Below, piece after piece: positions 53,690-64,000 of a DNA stretch of 64,000 bases. The notes beneath the pieces were generated by a model. The model had not been told where the DNA came from and searched no databases. It saw only the letters and a list, made by a program, of their open reading frames with translations. Source of the stretch: Felis catus (lineage: Eukaryota); NCBI RefSeq assembly GCF_018350175.1, contig NC_058375.1, positions 200,508,001 through 200,572,000 on the forward strand. The letters run 5' to 3'. Positions within the stretch are counted from its first letter, which is position 1, and each line of letters opens with the position of its first letter. The translations under genes and the position numbers were made by a program.

Positions 53690-53906
53690 GTGGCTCCCTC
53701 GGTTAAGCACCGACCCTTGATCTTGGCTCAGGTCATGGTCTCATGGTTCATGAGATCAAGCCTCGTGTCAGGCTCTGTGCTGAGAGTGTGGAGCCTGCTT
53801 GGGATTCTCTCTCTCTCTCCCTCTCTGCCCCTTCCCTGCTTATGCTCTGTCTCTCTCTCTCTAAATAAATAAATAAACTTAAAAAAAATGTTTAAAATTT
53901 TAAAAA
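53690..53906 (+). mobile_element. Can-SINE, slightly 5'-truncated
   Basis: Starts gtggctccctcggttaag. TSD core taactgcagttcag on both sides. Confidence 0.92.
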
Positions 53907-54884
53907 TATATAACTGCAGTTCAGTTGTAGCAGAGAGGGCCTGGGTACCACCCTAAAACTCCTTTCTCAGTGTTGCTTCTGCCACAGACAGAATCTTGCA
54001 GAGTATCTCTGGGATAATGTGCCGTCACAACCACTGTCTCTCACAACTTTGGATGGGGCATGGACCGTGAGGTGCATACCCCGAGACCTGGGAGAAATCT
54101 CCCCACTCTGACCGCAGAGGTATCCTGCCTGCTCCGTCCTGTCCTGCAGGTGGCTCAGCTGGGCTGTGGGAGCAGAAGTCAGCGCCACTGTGGCCGTCTC
54201 ACTCCTGGCTGGGTCCGAGAAGCCCAGGGACACAAGCGGGAGCATCTGGGCCACAGCCACACAACACCACCGCTAGGCCAAACTACTTCCTCTTTCTGGT
54301 GCAATCTGGAAAAGTGCAGTGGCATTTACTGAGCACACACCATGTATTTCCAGGAGCAACAGAATCCAAGGGAGTCAGTCCCCAGTGTTCAGAAACTCAC
54401 AGTTAAAGACATATTAGTAACTTAAATTAATACATCAGTATCGTCAATGCTGCCATTTGCTCACCATACTTAAAAAGATTAGAATAACCTTTTCTTTCTT
54501 TCTTTTTTCTTCCCAGGAAAAAATTATCCCTGAATGGTTTTTCATTCTACGAGTCAAGCTCCAATGCCTGTTTATGAGCCAAGGGGACACTGTGGGGTAG
54601 TCCCGTGGATCTGGACTCTGACCCTTTTCTAAGGCTTGAGTGAGCTGAGAAGGAAGAAGAGAGTTAATACACCCCAGAGGGCATGGAATCAGCAGTCTCA
54701 TGACACTGCTATTTTAAGACACTTCAAGATTTGAAATGAATGATTAAAGATGGAACCAGCACAGCGAGAGGCATCTCTTACTCTGACCCCTCCATATACC
54801 ATCAGGATGGCTGAGGTGCCTGGGAGTCTTAGGGCCTCCTTCCAGAAACGATGCCCCCTGCTGGCCCACATGCATGCAGTAGCT

Positions 54885-54942
54885 CACACACGCACGCACG
54901 CACGCACACGCACGCACGCACACACGCACGCACGCACACACA
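54885..54942. repeat. Mixed (CA)/(CACG)n alternating purine-pyrimidine repeat
   Basis: cacacacgcacgcacgcacgcacacgcacgcacgcacacacgcacgcacgcacacac. Confidence 0.9.
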
Positions 54943-55529
54943 CTCATTCCTGACAGTGCCTCATTTACGACTACATTGTGTTTAAAATAAAACGCGCCAG
55001 ACACTGCAGCTCCAGGTTTCTGGCTCACCCTCCCTGCAAAGACCCCACCCCCACAGTCACCCCGAACCACCGCCCTCCTGGGCTCGCAGAATCGACTCTG
55101 CCCCCTCCCCCTGAGAAAGGAGAAAGGGAACAGCTAGGTCCGGCCCCTGAAGCTCCCTTCCTCACTGGCATGCTGGCTGATTGACTGTGTGGCAGCTTCA
55201 CTGGCTGACCATGCACATGTAGAGGTATTTCCAGAAGCAAAGTGCTCTCTGTACGTGTGGGTGCGCCTCGCAGGGACCGCTGTTGGGTTTGGAGGATTTT
55301 CGAGGCAGGGCAGGGCCCGCCAGCAGCTCCGGACAGGGCAGGAGGATGGGAGACAACAGGGTGCGGGTGCGGCCCTGTCCGAATCCCTGCGGCGGGCCCC
55401 ACCCGGCCTGGCCCTCTCTGCCCCTCAGGGTCGCCCCTTCCCAGTCCTCCCTTTTCCTTTTTCCTTCCATTCTGTTTCTCGCCACCTCCCTCTCCTGTCT
55501 CTTCTCCATTTCCCCCTGTCCCTTGTCAC

Positions 55530-55740
55530 TAGGAGTGTGGTGGTCCGTGGACCAGCGGCATCAGCATCACCCCTGGGTTGTTAGACATGCAGAATCTCGG
55601 GCTCTGCCCCAGACTCCTGAGTCACAGTCTGCTTTTTTTTTTTTTAATTTTTTTTTTAATATATGAAATGTATTGTCAACAGTCTGCTTTTTAAACAAGA
55701 CTCCGGGTGAACTGAGTGCACATTAAAGTCTGGGCAGTGG
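55530..55740. mobile_element. MER5B/MER5A-like hAT element (host of the micro-insertion)
   Basis: tggtccgtggaccagcggcatcagcatcacc...ttgttagacatgcagaatctcgggc...gtgcacattaaagt. Confidence 0.75.
55638..55678 (-). mobile_element. Extremely truncated retro-insertion (probable felid L1 3' tip plus poly-A)
   Basis: Reverse complement ttgacaatacatttcatatattaaaa...aaaa, flanked by 14-bp direct repeat acagtctgcttttt. Confidence 0.75.
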
Positions 55741-56211
55741 CCCTGAGTCTCCTCCCTCCTCATTTCTTCTCCCCCCCCCCCCCCCTTAGCTTTCCCTCAG
55801 TCTTCCTCCTCACACCCCTCACCCTCTGTCCTTTTTCCATTCTGCTATCACCTGACCTCTGGTCTGTCCCTCTTTCCTTTCTTTTCCTCCCTGCCTCCCC
55901 TCCGTCGTTTCTTTCTTTCCATCCCCTTCCATCCATCCATCCAGCCAGCCAGCCATCTCTCCCTCCTTCCCTCCCTCCCTTGGCTCACTGATCCTGTGTA
56001 CCATCTCACGCTCACACTTCTTTCTTTCTAAATCTTTCCTTTCCCTTTGCCCCATCCCTTTCCCTTCTTACTGAGGCCGAGGAGAAAACACGAGTTCTCT
56101 CATCCCCTCTGCCCACAGGCCACTGCCGTCTTGCCCACGCGGCCCGTCTCGTTCCTTTTCTCCAGACTGGCCTGGACTCTAAGGGGAGACCATCCTCGCT
56201 CCCGGTCATAC

Positions 56212-56367
56212 CTGCAGAGGATTCTTTGTGCTTATGGCGATGACATGATACTTGTAGTAGCACAGCTCACAGCTCCAGCAGCCCCGCTCGCTGATCCACT
56301 TGATGAGGCAGGGCTGGTGCGTGCACTTGACCGAGCCATCACAGCGGCATGGGCTCAGCAGCTCCCC
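56212..56367 (-). CDS. MARCHF4: MARCHF4 coding exon 2 (remainder of the RING-CH domain)
   Basis: Translates [52 protein letters not shown], matching MARCH4 as I recall it. Acceptor ctctctccctgcag|GGG, donor CAG|gtatga, 156 bp, phase 0/0. The first two RING Cys belong to exon 1, outside the window. Confidence 0.97.
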
Positions 56368-59300
56368 CTGCAGGGAGAGAGGCAGAGGGCGGTGAGGTCC
56401 CCGCCTGGCGCGTGGAGCGACGGGTGGGGCCACCCAGGTATGGCAGACCACACCACTGAAGCCAGGTCACGGGCTTTGTCGGGAAGCACCAGAGGTCCAT
56501 GGGGGACAGGGGAGCCAGGCAGCCTCAGTGAATTCAACTAACAGTTCAGAGCCTCAGCACCCATTGGGTGCCGCCCAAGGCCTAGGGTGCCTGTAAAAAT
56601 GAGCGGGTCGGTGTCTATGGAAGCCCCTTGCTGTCCAAAGAGGGTGCCAGCCTGGCGGACTTCTCTGTGAAGGGGGTCTCAAGCTCTAATGCCCTCAGAG
56701 CCAGGCAGACCATGCAAGTGACACAGGCAGCCAGCTGGTAGGGACACGAGCCAATCTAAGGTCCAGACCCCAAGTTAAAGAAAAGGAAAGCCACTGTCAG
56801 CGCCAGCCCATTCTGCACGTGGGAATCTAGGGAGCGATTTTTATGTAAAGTCTCCCAATAGTGAGATGCCCACAACAAAGGCAAGTCTTCTAAACATATC
56901 GTGAGCGTCATTTTGCCCGAGTTTGGAGCTCTGGTCTGAAGCCTTTGCACTCCCCCGCAGACCAGCACGTGGAGACTCAGGTCCCTCTGTGAAGCCTCCC
57001 TCCCCGGGCCCCTGAGTGACTAAACCTTGGCAGGTGGGGGCAGGCCTGAATCCCAAGGACCTAAGAGGTGTGTATCCATCCCTCCAGGCATGTCCTTTGG
57101 GCCTGGCTGGGAGTGGCCACGAAGCCTAGTCTAGGGTAGGCCTGGAAGCAGGGAGGCAGAGGACCTGGCCCAGCGAGATGGTGGCAGGATCTGAAGACCC
57201 TTGTGAGTAGACTGCAGAGATGGGCTTAGCCTCCAGAACACCCTGTGACGACATGTCAATGACCGTGACTGAAGCTGGCGTGTATCTGCTTCCTGCCAGG
57301 CCCGACGTGGTGGCCCCAAAGTGCCTCTGTGAGCCTCCCTGACTTTTTTTCTCTCTCTCTCCCCTCCCCGTTCCCCCCTTCCCCATCTGGCTTGTCTTTC
57401 TCCCTCCCAGCTCAGAGTCCATGGTTTCTACTTGCTAAATCCCACCACCCCCAAGTCCCTCATTTACTTTCGTAAGGACTTGACAGTTGGGCCACCCCCC
57501 ATCCCCAGCCTGTGCCTTCTTCTGACCTGCCCCAGGTACTCTTTCTCCTTACTCCCTATGCCTTCCCTTCCCATTCCAACTCGTTTATTGTGGACCCAGC
57601 CCCTCCACCTCACTCCTATCAAAGGACCCAGAAGATGTCCCTGTGCCCCACACTGGTGTGTTTGCGATTTGGCCACGTAAGCCACGTCCCTGCTAACTTG
57701 GAGATCCCACCATTCAGGAAACCACATCTTGTTCCCCATTTTGAATAAGCAAGCACAGGAGCACCTGACCTGTAAGACACACATTTAACCCATGGTCTTT
57801 GCTGTTGACTGTAGAACCAGCTATTCCCTCCAAAGATGCACAGAATCATCTTTCCCTTCCAATTCAACCCCTATCACTCAAAGACCACACCTTGGCCTGG
57901 ATGAGGTCTACAATGTTCTTTTGTACCTGGTCTACCTGTCACACTGCTTCTCTATCTTCATGATAGTTCCAATACCACCTCCTACAGGGAGTCACCCCTG
58001 ACTTTTCCAGGTTGAGCTCAGTTCTTTGATCTCTGAGTGCCTTGTGCGAGCACCTTGGGCAGATCCCTGTTAGAGCACTGAGTACCTCCTTATAAGGATC
58101 TGTGAGTATGCCTGTCTACTTGTCAGAGAAGCCCTGGAAGGCAGGGATGAGGGGTTGTTCACTCCTTTCCCCCAATGCCTAGCCCTCCTCCCCAAAGGCC
58201 CTCAACAACATTTGTGTTTGAGTAAATGAAAAAGTTAATCAAGTGTCTGTTCAGGTTCCCTGCACTGTCCCGAGGAACAGGAATGAGACTGCCCAGTCCA
58301 GGAGAATAGGGACCATGTCCACTTGTGGACCTCTGGACCCCAGCACCTTGCCCAGTGCCCAGCACTCATTGTATGTATGCGCCATGAATGAACTTGGTGG
58401 TAGAAATTCTCAAAGTGCCTGGTCCCCATACAACCCTTCCTGGTTCCCCACGCTGCTCCTCCAGTATTGACGGGCCCCCTTCACGGTGGCTCCCGCCCTT
58501 CCCATCCCCTCTGTTGCGGCACTTCCCCCATTTGTCTCTAGGTTACTACACCGTGATCCCTTACAGGGACAATATCTTTTCCATCTTTGCATCCTTAACA
58601 CCTAATATAGTGCCTGAAACAGACTCTCCATCCAATATTGGTGGCAAAATGCATTCATATCTGTTTGATGAACAAGTTTTGCTCCCCTCAAACATGGCCA
58701 GCTCTGGCTCCAGGTGGGCAGCTGTGGTGCCTGGGAGAGTAGAAGAGGCAGGAGACGGCCACACTGCTGGACGCTCACCACACCCTTCCAGGTCCAAGGG
58801 CTCTTGGTAGTGAGTCGTTGCTGTGTGGCTCTCAGAAAGAAGCAGGAGGGAGAGAGTGGGGAGAGGTGTTGGGGGAGGGGCAAAAGCCCTCATCATTCAT
58901 GGCAGCATTTCCCAGGCTCATTAATTCTAACAGGATGAGCTGGGTTTGATTAATCGGGTTGTTAAGCAGCCACGTCAAATTGCCAGTGGAGTAAGAGACA
59001 TGACTTCCGGTCCCTGGCAACATTGCCAAGTGGCAGAGAAGTCTACACTCCTTGCTTCCAAGCAGCAGCCAGGAGACAGGGCAGGAAGAGCTGCTGGCCA
59101 GGCACAACTGGTCACAAGACCTGGACTCCCCATCGAGGCTGTAGATGTGCAACCACCAGGGCACAGGAGTCTCAGCGCCTCAATATACTTATCTGGGGAA
59201 AGGGAGAGCATGACCTGGCCTGGCTGGCCCCAGCACCTGGTTAACAGGCCAAAGGTGTGCTGTTTGCCCAGGGGCTCCTGGTCCCTCACGCTTTCCCTGG

Positions 59301-59404
59301 GAACCAGACAACCCCAAAAGGCAGACTACGAACTTGCTTCAGGTGCTACAAAGATTAGAAAGAAAGGTTTAACTTGATAAAGGAAGCAATCTAGGATTTT
59401 AGCA

Positions 59405-59457
59405 AAAATAATGATGATGATGATAATCATAATAATAACAACAATAATAATAATAAA
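59405..59457. repeat. (AAT/GAT/AAC)n trinucleotide low-complexity repeat
   Basis: Directly visible. Confidence 0.85.
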
Positions 59458-61509
59458 TCTGGAAAGATGTTATTTTAACCTTAGCATTTACATAAGTTTT
59501 GTATGTGATGATTTAGTATATTTTTATGTACATTTGGGAGAAGGGTCATAATCTTTGTCATGTTTAAGTCTTCTAAGAGGCCGCTTTACCACCTTTGACC
59601 GGTCAGGCCTATGCTTCTTCAAGAGCAGAAGAGATGGAAATGAGCCCTAGCCAGACGAACTCAGGTTAGCCTTAAGATGATCTGTGCAGGAAACTCTGTT
59701 AAAAGCTGAAGTGTTGGAGCAGGAAGTGGTAAATGCCTCTGAGTGTAAGAACGACCCCTATTGAAGAGAAAGGTTAAATGACCAGCTCAGAGTCACTCAG
59801 CCAGCCAGTGGCACGGGCAGAATCTAATGCCAGGTCTTTGTGACACCAGCCTCCAAGCTTCTCAGCACCCCACTCTGTTCATCCCTCCTGTGGACTCTGT
59901 CCCCACTGTCCCTCCCACACCTGTGCCCAAGGTCTCTTCTCTGTCTCTCCTCCAGCCTCCTTGCCCAGCTGGTACCCCTCTGCCAAGTCTCTCCAGACTG
60001 CTAGCTACAGACCTGTCTCCTCTCCCCATGCTGCCACCCACAGTTGAGTGGTTCTTCTCTGTGTCTTCCAGGATTGGAGCTGTTCCTGTGTGCCCCATAG
60101 AACTCAGCACATTACAGGTGCACAGTAAGGGGCATTTGCTGAATGGATGGGCACCAGGTGTAGAAGAGGATGAGCCCCTCTGGTCCAGCTCCTGAGACAC
60201 CAGCCCTCGGGCTGGGGGGATTATTATGATCTTGTCTGCAGAGCTCAGCAAACTCCACGGATCAAAGGGGCTCATTAAATGCAAAGGGCCCTAAACGCTC
60301 CTTGATGTTCTACTTGAAGCTTTGGGGCCCAGGGAATGACTAAGGCAAGACAAATCAGGTCTTCTCGAAAACCCTGGCCCCCAAGGGACATGGTGTCGGG
60401 GAGGCATGAAGAGCATGTTTTTCAGAGATTGGCTCCTTAGGTTTTGAATGCCTCTTCACACTTACCAGCTGTGCAAACTTGGGCAGGCTGCTCAACCTCT
60501 CTGAGGCTTCTTTATCTTTCTGTTGCAAGCAACTCTTACCTCCTCCAAGGGTGGCATGATGTCATGCCCACAAAGTGCTAGATACAGTGCCTGGCACAAG
60601 TAAGTCCTCTTGTGCAAGTATTGCAATTCTAACTCGTGTTTCCATGAGGACTTTAATTTCATAGTTTTTTTCTACTATAGCTCTATTCTGTTCTCCTACT
60701 AGCAAATAAGGAAGAAGCCATGCCTTAGGTAAAGGGTCTGTCAAGCCCCTGTGGGAGGGTGAGATTAAAGAACTATCGAAGACAGTCTGCCCTTGTGAGA
60801 TGGATGAGGGATCAGAATATAGATCCTGCCGAATTCCGGTCCAGGACTGTCCTCTGTCTTACCACGGGGATGCTGAGAGCATTTGGGGGGCTCTCCTTCC
60901 CTGGGGATGTTGCACAGAAGAGCACGACCCTCCTGGATGGGTTAAGCGGGGTCACGCTAGAGGCAAGAGGCAGGACGGGTGGATCTGCAGCCTTTGGCTG
61001 TGGCTGAGCTGGTGGGCGGGGAGGAGAACTGGGTGGATTCTCCTCACTGCCAATGACAAGGCAAGCTGCAGGTGTGAGACTCCAGTCGTTTCTCCATTCA
61101 CAGATTTCTTTCTGTTTATTTTCAGCTTTCTTCCATTCTTTCTCCTCTCCATCTGAAAGGACTTGCTTCTGGAGTCCTTAGGTTACCTGGTTGCCATGAC
61201 AGTGGCAGGTAAGCCAAGACTTCCCATTCCACCCACACAGGCACCAGGCATCCCTGCCACAGAAAGACACAAATACAGTCTAGTGACGCAAAGACAGCCC
61301 CAGCCCTGCTGCAATGTGCAGCTCCAGAAGATCAGAAAAAAGGAGACAACAGAAGCCCTAGCCTTGGGGTGCAGTTTAGGTACATCATCCATTACCGACA
61401 CTAATGTGGTGGTTAAGAGCTCGGACTCTAATCCTAGGAAGGCTCAGGTATATCCAGGCTCTTACAATCTGTGTGACGCTGGGAAAGTTGCTTAACCTCT
61501 CTGGGCCTC

Positions 61510-62470
61510 ATTCAGTCATTCCTGTATTCATCAAGCATTCATCTAGTATGTTCCAGGTTCTGTTCTAGGTGACAAGGATACAATGGCAAGTAGAACTAAC
61601 CAAATTCTCTAGTAGACAGAGAAAGACAATGAAAAATATAAACAAATAAACTATAAGTACCTAAGATGCTGTCATGTGCTATGGAGAAAAATGAGCAGGG
61701 AAAAGGACAGTAGAAGAGTAGGGAGTAGGAAGGTTGGTATTCTAAATAGGGTGGCTGACAGGCTTCACCAAACAGGGACATTTGAGTGAAGACTTGGGGA
61801 AGGTCAAGAGGCACACCATGCAGATACCTGGGAGCTGAACATTTCAGGCAGCGGGAACATCATGTGCAAAGGCCCTGAGGCAGAAGCATGCTTGGCATGT
61901 TTTGGGGGACACCAAAGAGACTGGTGTGTCTGGGGTAGAGTGAATGAGGGGAAGGGGAGTAGGAGATGAGGTCAGAGATCTAAGGGGGAGGAAGAATGAG
62001 AGACAAATCAGGAGACAGCCACTTTAAAAACTTGGCACTCACTATGAATGAGAAAAGAGAGTTTTGAGGAGAGGAGAGTGATATGATCCGACCATGTTTG
62101 ACAGGATCACTCTGGCTGCTGTACTGAAAACAGACCAGACAGAAGTAAGGGCCAAGTAGAAAGACAAGGCTGTCGCAGTAATCCAGGCGGGTGATGATGC
62201 TGTTTTGGACCCGTATGGAAGCAGTGGGAGTTCTGAGAAGCAGTCGGCTTCTAGATCTGTTTTGAAGACACTGATAATAAGATTTGCCGATGGCCTGGAT
62301 GGGTGGATGGAAGGAGAGAAATCGAGGATGACGCTGATTCTGACCTGAGCCATGAGACGGATGGGGAGTTGCTTTCATTTGAGATGGGAAAGACTCAGGG
62401 AAGGACAGGTTTTGGAGGGCGGATTGGGAGCTCGGTTTTGGACGTGTCAAGGTTGAGATGCCTGTTACAT
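61510..62470 (-). mobile_element. LINE-2 fragment
   Basis: cattc...gttctaggtgacaaggatacaa...tgtgcaaaggccctgaggcag...ggttttggacgtgtcaaggttgagatgcct. Confidence 0.8.
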
Positions 62471-63891
62471 AGGCACCAAACAGAGACCCTTCCCAGCCAG
62501 ACCGTCCAGTTCCTCGTTTCCCGTCTCAGTGTTGCCAAGGCCAGACCTTGGCTCCTGGAGACTAACAGTGTGTCAACCCTGGCACAAAGAAATAAGGAGT
62601 TGTTGCAAGGTAATTTGATTTTAAAAAGAAAGAACTCTATTCCCAAGTAGGAAAAAAAAAAAAAGATTTAAGGCCTTAATGAGCTATAGTTATCCACACT
62701 AAATCCAATTAGCCACATAATTATTTCTAGTTCTGCTCTCATACCAAGCAGCTTAATTTCACAAACACACACACAAAACACACGCGTAGAATCTCCCTCC
62801 CTCTTCATGGAAAAATCTCCAGCCTCGCTGCTCATCAGTTCAGAAAAAAAGAATACAGAAAGACACAAGGAACACCAACACACAGACCCAGACCCAACCC
62901 TCCAAACCATGGGCTTTCATTTTCGTGATAATTATTTTATTCCTGCAATGCTTTTCCCCTTATAATTTAACCGGTATAAGACAAACGTACCTATTTCCTC
63001 TAACTGCCTCTAAATTTACTCAACTGGTACTAGAAAGAAGAACCTAACCTCACAGTAATTGAATTTAAATAACATCTAATTCCATACAGTCAAACACAGC
63101 CTGCATAATAAATAAACGAAGCTATATGAGGGGCTGGAGGAAAGAAAGGAGGTCATGTCTTATGCGTATATTCATAATCATATCTGTATTTCTAATGACC
63201 TAAATGGGCAATATCCTGTCCGTTTGTCTTTCTGTGTAACTCATCATGGTCCTTGCCTTCGTTACCAAAGAGCTCAAATTAAAGGCTGTTCTGCCCTCAG
63301 TCCTTTGCCTGACTCAATAGAAAAATGTAATTTCGACAAACCCCCGCTGGCCAGAATCGGGCGATGTGCGTACGGCAGAGGGCTGGGCTTGTTTCCAGGG
63401 CTCCAGGCCGCCAGGGTGAAAGTGCAGAAATTCCAGGTCACAACGTCCTCTTTCTTTCCCTCAAAGGTGGCCAAAGCAGGGGCACAAGTCAATGGCATGT
63501 TAATAAGGGGCGAATACGGAACTGCCCCCTGGGGTCGGCCCTCCACACTCCCTGTACATTGGTAGAGGGATGCCCGGTTCCAGTTGTGCAAAACCTTTGT
63601 ATTCTTTGAAGGGGTGATGGTGCAATTCTGCAAAAATTCATTTTCAGCCACTGTAATGAGCACATCACTCAGTGTGTAGAGGGGATACAGCAGATGTTAC
63701 AAGTGTAAATGAACGATGATGATGTGCCACCCTTGATGAACGTTTCAAACAACACAACCCTAGGCACTCAGAACCTTCTCTGTGGCTGACTCCTACAAAG
63801 CAGGACAGCTGGGTCTCTCCTGGGTGCCCACACCAGCGCTGCCAACCTCTGGCTGGTGAGCTTGGCTTTAGGCCATCTAGGCCTTGAGTCC

Positions 63892-63985
63892 TTGGTTCTC
63901 AGAATTCAGCATACGTAAGAACCACTTGGAAGCTTGTTACGAGGCTACCCAGGCTTTGCTCCAGAGATTCTGATTCCATGTGGAC
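63892..63985. mobile_element. MER5A-like fragment
   Basis: tggttctcagaattcagcatacgtaagaaccacttgg...ccagagattctgattc. Confidence 0.6.
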
Positions 63986-64000
63986 CCACTCTTCCTCTCT

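Noticed and set aside
55321-55340. REST/RE1-like motif cagcagctccggacagggc
   Set aside because: Half-site spacing and left half deviate from the canonical TTCAGCACCnnGGACAG, so it is too weak to call.
1-64000. CRISPR array, operon or novel multi-gene system
   Set aside because: Mammalian intronic and intergenic DNA. The recurring sequences are SINE copies and TSDs, not regularly spaced repeat-spacer arrays.

Overview
Mammalian genomic DNA from a feliform carnivore, most likely a cat-family species, judged from the many SINEC_Fc-type Can-SINEs and a carnivore L1 3' end. The only protein-coding gene I can support is MARCHF4 (MARCH4, membrane-associated RING-CH E3 ubiquitin ligase) on the minus strand. 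Three coding exons are present (56367-56212, 50745-50553, 31910-31543), all with canonical AG/GT boundaries and consistent phases, followed by a ~1.5 kb 3' UTR with an AATAAA at 30064-30059. Exon 1 lies beyond the right edge of the window. The rest is intronic or intergenic and dominated by transposon relics (Can-SINE, L1, L2, MIR, MLT1 LTRs, hAT and mariner DNA elements) and microsatellites. Almost all ORFs in the supplied track are spurious. I see no CRISPR, RNA gene or new multi-gene system. The most interesting points are a strong alternative donor after exon 3, a possible soluble RING-only isoform, nested retro-insertions with triplicated target sites, a ~41-bp L1 micro-insertion, and a promoter-like CpG/ETS patch near 4.7-5.8 kb. 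Repeat family names come from remembered consensus sequences, not a database search.
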